From an uncultured Lachnospiraceae bacterium (GTDB taxonomy: Bacteria; Bacillota; Clostridia; Lachnospirales; Lachnospiraceae), in the NCBI GenBank assembly GCA_900314255.1, contig OMUP01000020.1:1938-65937 (forward strand): a stretch of 64,000 nt of DNA. Direction: 5' to 3'. A program made the translations under genes and the position numbers. This document shows positions 48,145 to 57,754 of the stretch, in pieces. A model generated the notes under the pieces. It did not search any database and was not told the origin of the DNA. It worked only from the letters and a program-made list of their open reading frames with translations. How positions within the stretch are numbered: the first letter of the stretch is position 1; each line of letters starts with the position of its first letter.

Positions 48145-49167
48145 TCAGAACTGATCCAGGAAACGGATGTCATTCTCATACAGAAGACGCATATCGTCGA
48201 TCTCGTCCTTCAGGAGAGCGATTCTCTCAAGGCCGATGCCGAACGCGAAACCGGAATATACATTCGGATCAATGCCGCTCATCTCCAGAACATGCGGATG
48301 AATCATGCCGCATCCCAGAATCTCGATCCAGCCTTCACCCTTGCACATGCGGCAGCCCTTGCCGTGGCACTTGAAGCAGGTCACGTCGCACTCTGCAGAC
48401 GGCTCGGTAAACGGGAAATGGTGCGGGCGGAACTTAACCTTCGTATCCGGCCCGAAGAGCTGCTTTGCGAACTCCGCCAGCGTCCCCTTCAGATCGGCAA
48501 ATGTGATGCCCTTGTCGATGACCATGCCCTCGATCTGATGGAAGCACGGGCTGTGGGTCGCATCCACTTCATCGGCACGGTATACACGTCCCGGCGCGAT
48601 CATGCGGATCGGAAGCTTTCCTCTCTCCATCTGACGCACCTGAACCGGAGAGGTCTGAGTGCGCAGCAGAATCTTGTCATTGATGTAAAATGTATCCTGC
48701 TCGTCCTTGGCCGGATGATTCGCCGGGATATTCAGCGCCTCAAAGTTGTAGTAATCGTATTCAACCTCCGGGCCGTCAACCACTTCGTAGCCCATGCCGA
48801 CAAAGATTCTCTTGACTTCGTCCAGAGCCAGAGTATTCGGATGACTGTGTCCCAGTTTCCCCGATCTGGCCGGAAGCGTCACATCGATCGTCTCCGCCTT
48901 CATCTTCGCGTCAAGCGCTCTGGCAGCGAGCTTCTTTCTCGCCTCTTCCAGGGCCGCCTCAATCTGGGCGCGGGTTTCATTGACCATCTTACCGACAGCC
49001 GGACGATCCTGCGGCGCGACATCGCGCATGCTCTTCAGAACACCGGTGAGCTCGCCCTTCTTTCCGAGAATCGTGACTCGGATCTGATTCAGACCTTCCA
49101 GATCCTGAACCTGTCCGATCTGTCCGGCGGCTTTTTCCCGGATCTCCTCAAGCTTTTCTTTCATCAT
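48145..49167 (-). CDS. pheS: phenylalanine--tRNA ligase alpha subunit
   Basis: 340 aa; class II motifs (FYINDKILLRTQTSPVQ, GRVYRADEVDATHSPCFHQIEG, GFAFGIGLERIA). Confidence 0.95.
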   Translation of the reverse strand: MMKEKLEEIREKAAGQIGQVQDLEGLNQIRVTILGKKGELTGVLKSMRDVAPQDRPAVGKMVNETRAQIEAALEEARKKLAARALDAKMKAETIDVTLPARSGKLGHSHPNTLALDEVKRIFVGMGYEVVDGPEVEYDYYNFEALNIPANHPAKDEQDTFYINDKILLRTQTSPVQVRQMERGKLPIRMIAPGRVYRADEVDATHSPCFHQIEGMVIDKGITFADLKGTLAEFAKQLFGPDTKVKFRPHHFPFTEPSAECDVTCFKCHGKGCRMCKGEGWIEILGCGMIHPHVLEMSGIDPNVYSGFAFGIGLERIALLKDEIDDMRLLYENDIRFLDQF

Positions 49168-49200
49168 GACCGTGATCCTCCCATATACAGCTTGTCACCT

Positions 49201-49229
49201 ATTTTACCTTTATCCTCTTTTGAAAACAA
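49201..49229 (-). promoter_or_regulatory. possible internal promoter for pheST
   Basis: The reverse strand reads TTGTTT-17 nt-TAAAAT inside the 70-nt gap upstream of pheS. Confidence 0.4.
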
Positions 49230-49237
49230 CTCTAACC

Positions 49238-51292
49238 TTAATTTGTCAGCTTCAGATAGGAGTCCTTGAGCTCTTCCAGAAACTCTCCCATCCGGCTGTA
49301 ATATTCTTCCGGCTTTCCCGGGTCCTTCTCGGACTCGATCTGCTCCAGAAGCCGCCACTGCGCAGTAAAGCGGGCATTGTCCCTCGTCGAAGAAATGGCT
49401 TTTTTCGCGCGCACATCTTCCGGATCTTCCGCCTTTGCACTCACATAGGCGCTTCCTCTTGCCAGGATCTTTGCCTGCAGAGCGGCCATGCTGCTTGCCG
49501 GTTCTTCGTTCAGTTCAAAAGCCTTCGCAAAACACTCAGCTGCCCGGTCAAACAGGAAACAGCGCGTGTAAACGATCCCGAGATTATGCCACACCCGGCC
49601 GTAAAACCTGTCCGAAAGCGAGGCATCTCTCGGACCGGCGATGATCTTGTTCAGGTTCTCCATCGCAGAGTTCAGGCAGTCGTTGACGATCAGATTTTCA
49701 GCCACCATATTCATACGCTGGTACGGCCTTGCCGCCTTCAGGGAATCAAACTGCACAGACAGGCGGGAGATCTCGTCCTCTGTGTAAAGCCCGCATTCTT
49801 TGAGTATGGAGGAAAGACTCTTTGAGAGCGGTTCTTCTTTTTGAATCTGCGAGGCAAGATTTGCCGCAAGGCGGCCGCTGCCGGTGCTTTTTAAAAACTG
49901 AAGCAGACCGGCGTTGATAAAGTCTCTTTCGATCAGATACATACTATGGTAAATGTAGTATCCCAGCTCCTCAACCGACCACACACAGCGCTGCGATTTT
50001 CCGACCGGAAGCGGGTGTCTGGCCGGTGTGCCGGCCGGCATCAGCCAGGCTCCCTTTGGGATTACTGCGGAAAAAGGCTTTGCTGCCGCTTTCTGATCCT
50101 GACTTTCACCGGGAGCTTCCTTTTTCTCGTCAAGCTCAACGGTTTCCTCTGCGGACCGTTCAGTCGAAGCATAAAACGCCCCGAATCCGTCATCTTCCAG
50201 CTTCAGCTCTGCTTTGTCCGTGCCAGGGAAATGAACCGTCAGCTTCAGCCTGACGCTGCGGTCATCTCTTGCCGGGAAACCGGTAAGGGACAGCTGTACG
50301 GTCTGCGGTTCCTTTTCCCGGTCGCGCACCAGCACCGTGACGCTGTTCAGACCTTCTTCCATAAAATAACAGGTCCGGTCCGCCTTCAGATAACTCTCTC
50401 CCTGCCGGACAAGTGTCAGCTCCCGGCCTCTTCCGCCCTGCATCAGAATCACGGAAATGCCGGCTGTGATGCGGTTCTGCATGGCAGGAATACTGCGGCC
50501 GAACAGTTTCAGTGTGCCGTCGTCGGCTGCCAGCAGGCATGCACCCTTCACGTACAGATTCTGCCCTGCGAAAACGCGCCGTCCCGTGCACAGTTTCTTG
50601 AGAAGCCCCTCCGGGAACTGATCCGTGTCAAAATAGCAGCCGGTCAGATAGATGGCCGCACAGTTCTGACCCTTCAGCGATTCGTTGAAAAAATCCGAAA
50701 GATCACTTTCCTGGTCCGCAAGCGCCTCACGCCCGAGCACCCCGGGTCCGAAAAGCTGCAGACTGCCGGCAAGCGGCGTAACCGTTGTGTACACATTTTT
50801 TCCGCTGCGGTATTCCTTCAGAAAATACGAGAAAATCCCCGTCTCTCCGTAGTCAAACACCATGCTCCCCGGATCACGCAGGGCCGGCGGCATTCCGTAG
50901 ACATACCCGGCAAATGCCTCCTCGCGGCTGAACACAGATGTCTTCATCGCGGCAATTCCGCATTTCTCAAGAGCTGCAGTCACCGCGGCTGCATTTTCTT
51001 TTGAAAACTCATGCAGGCAGACGCCGATGCCGGCCGGCGACCCGGCTGTCTTCTTCTCCTTCAGGGCAGACAGCAGGCCGCGGAAAATCTTCTCAAGCTG
51101 TTCCGGATCCGTGCATGTGCCGTTTTTGAAAATCCGGGAGAGCGGCGCGCCATTCGGGAACAAATACGAACCCTTTCCGGTCGTAATGTTCTCCACCGCC
51201 CTGGCGTTGGCCTTGTCAGCCCCCGGAATAAAGCAGATCTGCGAGAAGCGTTCTCCCAAATCAATTCCGACATAATAATCACCCGGCTGCAT
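49238..51292 (-). CDS. divergent Hsp70-like (actin-fold) ATPase with an SBD-beta-like middle domain and a novel helical C-terminal domain
   Basis: From the Met at 51292 (AAGGAGAAGAGG RBS): YYVGIDLGERFSQ (phosphate-1-like), MVFDYGETGIFSY (phosphate-2-like), AIYLTGCYFD (adenosine-like). Next comes VTVLVRDREKEPQTVQLSLTGFPARDDRSVRLKLTVHF...LKLEDDGFG, which resembles the DnaK substrate-binding beta domain. An uncharacterised helical tail of about 290 aa follows. From memory, relatives are annotated as a DUF family (unverified). Confidence 0.65.
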   Translation of the reverse strand: MQPGDYYVGIDLGERFSQICFIPGADKANARAVENITTGKGSYLFPNGAPLSRIFKNGTCTDPEQLEKIFRGLLSALKEKKTAGSPAGIGVCLHEFSKENAAAVTAALEKCGIAAMKTSVFSREEAFAGYVYGMPPALRDPGSMVFDYGETGIFSYFLKEYRSGKNVYTTVTPLAGSLQLFGPGVLGREALADQESDLSDFFNESLKGQNCAAIYLTGCYFDTDQFPEGLLKKLCTGRRVFAGQNLYVKGACLLAADDGTLKLFGRSIPAMQNRITAGISVILMQGGRGRELTLVRQGESYLKADRTCYFMEEGLNSVTVLVRDREKEPQTVQLSLTGFPARDDRSVRLKLTVHFPGTDKAELKLEDDGFGAFYASTERSAEETVELDEKKEAPGESQDQKAAAKPFSAVIPKGAWLMPAGTPARHPLPVGKSQRCVWSVEELGYYIYHSMYLIERDFINAGLLQFLKSTGSGRLAANLASQIQKEEPLSKSLSSILKECGLYTEDEISRLSVQFDSLKAARPYQRMNMVAENLIVNDCLNSAMENLNKIIAGPRDASLSDRFYGRVWHNLGIVYTRCFLFDRAAECFAKAFELNEEPASSMAALQAKILARGSAYVSAKAEDPEDVRAKKAISSTRDNARFTAQWRLLEQIESEKDPGKPEEYYSRMGEFLEELKDSYLKLTN

Positions 51293-54200
51293 CCTCTTCT
51301 CCTTTCTCCGGAAGGACCGTGAACAGTTCCCGGACGCAGTAGTCATCCGTCAGAATCTGACGCAGTCTGGATTTCATCTTCCCGGTGTCGTGGCCCTTCC
51401 ACGCCGCAAATGCCCCGGCAAGCATTCCGAAGCGGCCCGCTTCCTCCGGTATTTCTTTCGCGGCAAGCTGCACCGGTGTCTCCCTGAGAGTACCGTCCGG
51501 GAAGGTCTCACTGAAAGTCCCGGTGATACTTTCTCCCGGGAAAAGTACAAATGCGGCCGTGCAGATCCCGCAGATCTGCTCTTTTACGCGCATGGTCCGA
51601 GGCTTTCCGGCATTGCCCAGAATGTCCGTGACCTGATATGTAAGCGAAACGTCGCTGCCCGGTTCGGCCCGGTACGTGACTACAGTCTTGTCCATCACAT
51701 CCGGCGGAAGACTCAGCGTACCGGCAAGCGTATCAAAAAACGCAAAGCTGCGTTTCGCCCGGACCATCTCGTCCAGAATTTCCTGATCAAGCGCCAGGTC
51801 CTCTTCATCAAGCCCGCGGAAATGTTCCTCGCCGTCATGCTTTAAAAGCGCCAGCCGGATGAGGTCCGGCGTTCTGCCGTTTCTGCGGCGTATGCGGTCT
51901 CTGGCCGCCGTGAAGAATACAGGCTCACATTTCTCTCCAAGAACAAAGCTGTCATACGCCTGCGCGTTCAGGAATGCTCTTGTCACCGCCGTATCAGAGC
52001 TGTGGCGCAGATACGCAGTGAAAACCTCCCCCAGGTGCGGCTGACGGCTGTGCGTCACGAGCATCTGGGAGATCAGTCTCTCTTCCAGATCAGGCGCTTC
52101 GACGCCGTTCTCCCGGCACGCAGCAAAAATATCGTACAGCTGTTTTGAAGACCCTTCTGCGCACCTCTGCAGGCAGCGAAGCGATCTCTCGTCATAACAC
52201 CCTCCGGCAAATGCATACGCGCACAGTTGTGTCGTGAGCTCGTCATCTTCTCCATTTTTCATGGCGATAAATCCCGTCGCAAGCGCGAGCACCGTCCCCG
52301 GATCCATTCCGTCCACCCCGTAGTCTTCCGCCGTCGCGGCCGCTTCCTGAAAATACCCGTGCTGCGAGAACAGGCGGATCACGCGGTGAGCTGTGTCAGC
52401 TGTAAGCTCCATGTGATCATCCGGAAGATCCGGTATTTTGCCGTATTTGTCAAAGTAGGCAGTCCTCCAGGAAAAGATCAGTGCCTTTTCCCAGTCCGAG
52501 ATCAGGGGTGAGCCCATGAGCGAACCGGAAAATGACGCGATGGTGTCCTGGGAAGCTTCTTCATGACTGTGCTGCGAGAAGAAGCAGATCTGATACAGCG
52601 GATCCGGAAGACACATCAGCTGATCGCTCTCGGCGATGTGAACATCCGGGAAAACCGCCTCCATTTCATAATTTACCGTTCCGATCTTGCGGTTCCCGTC
52701 CGCGTCCTCGAAGACAAATGCCGTGTGATCTGTGATGACCGGCAGAAAAGCCTCTCCGCCAGAAAGCCCGATCCGCACTTCCGATTTCAGTTCTCTGGTG
52801 AGCAGAACGATGGAATCTGCCTTCGGGTCGGAAGTGCTCACCCTGTACGAGCTGACCGCCCGGAATGCCTGCGGTGCGAGCGCCGGGTCCGGCGTGCCGT
52901 GTTCATACAGATACCGGCAGCAGACGGCCAGGTCGGTCGAAAGGCTGCCGGACGCAAGCGCGTCCGATGTAAATTTCAGAATGGCCGGGCGGTACTCCTC
53001 GCGGATCGATTCCGTGCCATGGCGGATTACATACGAGTAGATCCTCGCCGTCGTCCCGGCATCAAGCCCTTCGCATCCGAATTTGAAATACAGCAGAACG
53101 CTCTTTGGGAGACGGATGTCACGTCCCGGATCCAGGCTCATGGCATAGTACTCATAGAGCCGCGTGATGTTCAGGCCGCGCAGAACGGCCTTTTCGTAGT
53201 ACGGAAACCAGCTCCTGCCGCGCCGGCCTTCCCGGATCAGCAGCCGCACCAGCCCCGTCAGTATCCGGTCATCGTCGATCACCTTGTTCAGCGCGACAAG
53301 AAGCCTTTCATCCGCTGCGTCGCCCGATGAACCGCGGGACGCAAGATCGACCGCCTGCAGGGCAAGCGGCTCTGAAATGACAGAGTAGCGGCAGCCGAAC
53401 AAGATCACCTGCCTCTCGAAAGTATTTAAAACCCGCAGAAGCAGCGGATCCTGATTCAGAATCTGCAGTGCTTCCAGATACAGCACAGGACTGCTGCATC
53501 CTCTTGTGTAGGCATCCTTCATGCGCGTGAGCCAGAGACTGCTGTTCTTCTCCGACGACTTGTCGAGCTGACAGATCATCCAGAGCATCTGCCAGGCATT
53601 CAGCCCCTTGTCGAAGCTGTCCTGAAGTGTCCGCTTTACCTCGTCATCAAATTCCTTCCGGCTGTAGATTGCCGACAGAACATACAGAGAACAGTAATAC
53701 AGAAGAGACCGGTTCTTGTATTCCCGCTCGATGCGCGGCTGCAGAATCTGCATCATTTTCCCGGCTTCTTCTGTCTGTCCGTTCCTGGCGTACAGAAGCG
53801 CCCGGCACAGGCTTGCATTCAGATCTTCCGGATCACTTGCCAGGCGCTGGCTTACAAGCTGCGTGCTGGTCTTCTTCCATTCCTCTTCGCTCTGCTTGCC
53901 CGTCCGGAACATCAGATACTCTTCCGTCAGCCTGAGCGAAAGGAGTCGTTTTTCAGCGTGCTCTTTTCTCTCCTCGCTGTCCGTGAGACTCACGCCGCTG
54001 CGGCGGGCCGTCAGGGTCAGGTCCTGCGCTCTGCCGCCTGAAACAACTCTCACCCGCCCGTAATTGATCCCGGCGTGCAGTTTTTCCGCCTTGATAACGA
54101 GATCTGTCGACCATTTCCCGTTTTCAAAAGCGCCCGTGTCAAGTTCCCCGGCATCACAGGACAGAAATGCATCGTCAGTCAGAATGCGGATTTTTGCATA

Positions 54201-54848
54201 TCCCGGTCCGCTGGCAGACAGGTTCAGACGCACATGCGTGTCGGCCGTGCATGTGACCTTTTCTTCCGAGAGAGCCGCATGTATTTTTACCGGCTGTTTG
54301 GCGGACATGGCCGTCAGAAATTCTTCCACAGCCTGACGCTTGTCTGCCTGGCGCACCAGCGCTTTGTGCAGCAGATCCTCGCGCGAACCAGGCTGCGTGA
54401 GCGCCTCGAAGTCTTCACTTTCAAAGACAGAAGCCGCCGCTGCGGGGTCTTTTTCTGCTAGTAAAGCAAAATCGCGGATATTCTGTATTCTTTTTCCTTC
54501 AGCTTCCGGGTACGGACGCACAAACGTGAACAGGCAGGGAATGACGAATTCGCCGGCGCTGGTTTCGCATGCAATCTGGCACTCGATACCGCCGTCCTCC
54601 GTCTCGCCCCGGCTGTTCACCTCAAAACCGATTGTCACGATATTCCCGCTGCGGACTGCGTCGGTGAGCTTCACGCGCAGATCCGAAGAAGAGGCCTTTA
54701 CCTCGAGCGGTCCGTCCGCCTCGATGGAAAATGCAAACCGGTTCCTTCGCCCAATCCGCACCTCCTCACAGAGACTGTCCGGAATCTTCACGATTTTCGG
54801 GGGCCGCAGGTTGAAATCGCCCTGCGACAGGCGTCTGATACTGTTCAT
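51279..54848 (-). CDS. 1189-aa protein of unknown function: two N-terminal beta-rich modules, a long helical-repeat core, a C-terminal beta-rich module
   Basis: Uninterrupted ORF with no Walker, HxH or other catalytic motif, and no signal peptide or TM segment that I can see. Its ATG directly abuts the rarA stop, and its 3' end overlaps the Hsp70-like gene by 14 nt. Confidence 0.6.
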   Translation of the reverse strand: MNSIRRLSQGDFNLRPPKIVKIPDSLCEEVRIGRRNRFAFSIEADGPLEVKASSSDLRVKLTDAVRSGNIVTIGFEVNSRGETEDGGIECQIACETSAGEFVIPCLFTFVRPYPEAEGKRIQNIRDFALLAEKDPAAAASVFESEDFEALTQPGSREDLLHKALVRQADKRQAVEEFLTAMSAKQPVKIHAALSEEKVTCTADTHVRLNLSASGPGYAKIRILTDDAFLSCDAGELDTGAFENGKWSTDLVIKAEKLHAGINYGRVRVVSGGRAQDLTLTARRSGVSLTDSEERKEHAEKRLLSLRLTEEYLMFRTGKQSEEEWKKTSTQLVSQRLASDPEDLNASLCRALLYARNGQTEEAGKMMQILQPRIEREYKNRSLLYYCSLYVLSAIYSRKEFDDEVKRTLQDSFDKGLNAWQMLWMICQLDKSSEKNSSLWLTRMKDAYTRGCSSPVLYLEALQILNQDPLLLRVLNTFERQVILFGCRYSVISEPLALQAVDLASRGSSGDAADERLLVALNKVIDDDRILTGLVRLLIREGRRGRSWFPYYEKAVLRGLNITRLYEYYAMSLDPGRDIRLPKSVLLYFKFGCEGLDAGTTARIYSYVIRHGTESIREEYRPAILKFTSDALASGSLSTDLAVCCRYLYEHGTPDPALAPQAFRAVSSYRVSTSDPKADSIVLLTRELKSEVRIGLSGGEAFLPVITDHTAFVFEDADGNRKIGTVNYEMEAVFPDVHIAESDQLMCLPDPLYQICFFSQHSHEEASQDTIASFSGSLMGSPLISDWEKALIFSWRTAYFDKYGKIPDLPDDHMELTADTAHRVIRLFSQHGYFQEAAATAEDYGVDGMDPGTVLALATGFIAMKNGEDDELTTQLCAYAFAGGCYDERSLRCLQRCAEGSSKQLYDIFAACRENGVEAPDLEERLISQMLVTHSRQPHLGEVFTAYLRHSSDTAVTRAFLNAQAYDSFVLGEKCEPVFFTAARDRIRRRNGRTPDLIRLALLKHDGEEHFRGLDEEDLALDQEILDEMVRAKRSFAFFDTLAGTLSLPPDVMDKTVVTYRAEPGSDVSLTYQVTDILGNAGKPRTMRVKEQICGICTAAFVLFPGESITGTFSETFPDGTLRETPVQLAAKEIPEEAGRFGMLAGAFAAWKGHDTGKMKSRLRQILTDDYCVRELFTVLPEKGEEDAAG

Positions 54849-56177
54849 TTAAGCGTCATCTCCGTGCTTCAGATTATTCAGGAATTCGCCGACTGCCTTT
54901 TCTCTGCCCTCGGCGGTCGGTCTGTAAAAAGCTGTCCCCGCAAGAGCGTCGGGCAGATACTGCTGCTTCACGTAATGGTGCGGGAAATCATGGGCGTACT
55001 TGTATCCGGCGCCGTGTCCGAGTTTTCCTGCCCCCGGATAGTGCGAATCCCGCAGATGTTCCGGTACAGCAGGTGACGGATCTGCCGTGACAGCATCCAG
55101 GGCGTCATCAATCGCAATGGTGCAGGCATTGCTCTTCGGCGCGCTCGCGATGTAAATCGCGGCTTCGCTTAAAATCAGTTTGCCTTCCGGCATTCCGATC
55201 CGCTCCACTGCCTGTGCGGCCGCCACCGCGACAACGAGTGCCTGCGGATCCGCATTTCCGACATCTTCGCTCGCACAGATCATCATGCGCCGGGCAATGA
55301 ACTTCGGGTCCTCGCCCGCATACAGCATCCTGGCGAGCCAGTACACTGCTGCATCCGGATCCGAACCGCGCATGCTTTTGATAAATGCTGAAATTGTGTC
55401 ATAGTGGCCGTCACCGGATTTGTCATAGCGGACAGCGCGCTTCTGAATGCACTCCTGCGCCACATTCAGATCGATCACGATCCGCCCGTTCTGCGAAACC
55501 GCAGTCGTGAGCGCGCCCAGCTCGAGCGCGTTGAGCGCACTGCGGGCATCGCCTCCGCAGGCGTCCGCGAGAAAATCGCAGGCGTCGTCTGTGAGAACAA
55601 CATTCATACTGCCGAGTCCGCGCTTTGAATCCTTTACCGCGCGGCCAAGCAGGACTTTGATGTCCTCCGGCTTCAGAGGCCTCAGCTCAAAGACCGTTGA
55701 GCGCGAAATCAGGGCGCTGTTGACTTCAAAGTACGGATTTTCCGTCGTGGCACCGATGAGCACGATTGTGCCGTCCTCCACAAACGGAAGCAGAAAATCC
55801 TGCTGTCCCTTGTTAAAACGGTGAATCTCATCAATGAACAGGATCGTCTTCTTCCCGTACATGCCGAGGCTGTCTTTTGCCCGGTTTACCGCCTCTTCCA
55901 TGTCCTTCTTGCCGGCTGTCGTCGCGTTGATCTTCTCAAATCCCGCGCTCGTCGTGCCTGCGATCACCCGGGCCAGCGTCGTCTTGCCGGTCCCCGGAGG
56001 GCCGTAAAAAATCACAGAACGCAGCCTGTCTGCCTGAATCATTCTTGTGAGCATCCTGCCCGGTCCCAGAATGTGTTCCTGCCCGACGACCTCCGAGAGC
56101 GTCTGCGGCCGCATTCTGGCCGCCAGAGGTGCTTCCTTTTCCTGTGTATCTTCCCGCATCAGATCAAACAGATCCAT
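54849..56177 (-). CDS. rarA: replication-associated recombination protein A (MgsA/RarA AAA+ ATPase)
   Basis: [49 protein letters not shown]...SAFIKS.RGSDPDAA.YW. ATG at 56177; alternatively a GTG at 56189 overlapping the upstream stop. Confidence 0.92.
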   Translation of the reverse strand: MDLFDLMREDTQEKEAPLAARMRPQTLSEVVGQEHILGPGRMLTRMIQADRLRSVIFYGPPGTGKTTLARVIAGTTSAGFEKINATTAGKKDMEEAVNRAKDSLGMYGKKTILFIDEIHRFNKGQQDFLLPFVEDGTIVLIGATTENPYFEVNSALISRSTVFELRPLKPEDIKVLLGRAVKDSKRGLGSMNVVLTDDACDFLADACGGDARSALNALELGALTTAVSQNGRIVIDLNVAQECIQKRAVRYDKSGDGHYDTISAFIKSMRGSDPDAAVYWLARMLYAGEDPKFIARRMMICASEDVGNADPQALVVAVAAAQAVERIGMPEGKLILSEAAIYIASAPKSNACTIAIDDALDAVTADPSPAVPEHLRDSHYPGAGKLGHGAGYKYAHDFPHHYVKQQYLPDALAGTAFYRPTAEGREKAVGEFLNNLKHGDDA

Positions 56178-56185
56178 GAGACTCC

Positions 56186-57736
56186 TCACTTCTGAATCCA
56201 GATTTTCACGGCCGCCCCGGGACTTGTGGCATTTCCTCTGCGATCAAAAATCAGCAGCTGACCGTCACTTCCCGCTGCGTATGTTTTCCCGCGGAAAACG
56301 ATAACCTGATCCGCGTTGCCGGCCCCGGAAAGCTGTGTCTGTTCACCGGAAAGTGATATCAGATACACCCCGGAATCTGTCATAACCGCAGCGCCGTCAA
56401 ATCCCGTCACGTAAGACATCGCCCCCGTCAGACTGTCTGAAAGCACCTGCAGTTTCCGGCCGGACAACATACAGATCTCACCCTGCTCATCCGTAAACAG
56501 CAGCTTTTTCTTATCCGCTATCCATACATACGCCGAATCAGCGCGGGTATCTGCCGCCTGTACCAGAACGCCGTTATCCTCTGTAAAGATTCCGCTGGTG
56601 CCGGCCGCATATACCGCTGTGTCTCCCTTCATAAAAAATGTGAGCGACTGCGTGGAATCCCAGATTTTTTCAGTAGTCCGGCCATCAGAAATATAATATG
56701 TGCCGTCAGACCGGTAGATATATGAGCTTCCGCTTCTTAAAACTGTTCCGCCGGCCTGTGTGTACACACCTGTTTTACCAGGATCCGGAACCTGAAGATC
56801 CGAGGCTCTTTCTGCAATTTCCGTGGTACTGATCGCACCCCGGCTGTCAGATGAAAACTTATACAGTACACCGTCCCGGATGTACACAGCACTTCCGTCT
56901 TCCGGCGTCCCGTGAAACTGTGTGACATTGATATCCACGCGCACGCTTCCGCCCGATGCGCGGGCAAAATAAGCCGTAGCACCGCTGCCCGAATACGCCC
57001 AGTTTTCTTCCGAAGACGGATTCAGCAGATAAAAGCAGGCTCCGTCATCCGCAATCCCGGCCAGCTCCACATCGACATCTTCTGTCGCCAGCTTCTCGTA
57101 TCCGTCCGGATTGCCGCTCTTCCACCGGCAGATGACATTCCGGCCGCCGGTGTAAAACACAGCCGCAAAATACCGGCCGTTTTCTGACACCGCAGAAACT
57201 TTAAGTGTCTCTCCGGCCATATCGCCCGGAAGCGCCGAAAAGTACGCTTTCCCGGAATCGCTCCAGAAAGTGGTCCGCCCGTCGGACACATCCTTCAGGC
57301 TGTCACTTTCCACCTGACTTGTGGTGCCATCTGCGTACACCCACAGATGGGTGTGCGTATAGGTCCATATTCCTCTTCCCGCAGATACGCAAATCAGCAG
57401 CAGCAGACAAACTGCCGCTGCTGTGAGAATCTGTTTCCGGAAGCGCCTGCCGAATTTCCCGAGAACATACAGAAAGTCCTGTATCTTCTCATATAGAAAA
57501 TCCAGCGCCGCATTCAGGGCACGCAGCGTTTTGGAAGCGGCCGGCTTCTTTTTCGTGCGCCTGCCATTTCTGCCGCGTCTCCTGTTATTTTTCTTATTAA
57601 GGCTGTCCTGACTCCGCTCATATGCCGCGCGGCGCTTTTCATACGCCTCCTGGTTGACCAGGATTTTCGGCTTTTCACAGTACGGGCAGGAATCGCCCTC
57701 ATATTCGCGCCCGCATTTGGGACAGATTTTTGCCAT
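56186..57736 (-). CDS. zinc-ribbon membrane protein: cytoplasmic CPKC...CPYC ribbon and basic linker, one TM segment, large extracytoplasmic beta-rich (propeller-like) domain
   Basis: MAKICPKCGREYEGDSCPYCEKP, RRRGRNGRRTKKK, TM ILTAAAVCLLLLICV, then about 380 aa of repetitive G/S/T/Y-rich beta-type sequence. Confidence 0.6.
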   Translation of the reverse strand: MAKICPKCGREYEGDSCPYCEKPKILVNQEAYEKRRAAYERSQDSLNKKNNRRRGRNGRRTKKKPAASKTLRALNAALDFLYEKIQDFLYVLGKFGRRFRKQILTAAAVCLLLLICVSAGRGIWTYTHTHLWVYADGTTSQVESDSLKDVSDGRTTFWSDSGKAYFSALPGDMAGETLKVSAVSENGRYFAAVFYTGGRNVICRWKSGNPDGYEKLATEDVDVELAGIADDGACFYLLNPSSEENWAYSGSGATAYFARASGGSVRVDINVTQFHGTPEDGSAVYIRDGVLYKFSSDSRGAISTTEIAERASDLQVPDPGKTGVYTQAGGTVLRSGSSYIYRSDGTYYISDGRTTEKIWDSTQSLTFFMKGDTAVYAAGTSGIFTEDNGVLVQAADTRADSAYVWIADKKKLLFTDEQGEICMLSGRKLQVLSDSLTGAMSYVTGFDGAAVMTDSGVYLISLSGEQTQLSGAGNADQVIVFRGKTYAAGSDGQLLIFDRRGNATSPGAAVKIWIQK

Positions 57737-57754
57737 TTTTCAGCCTTTGCTTCT

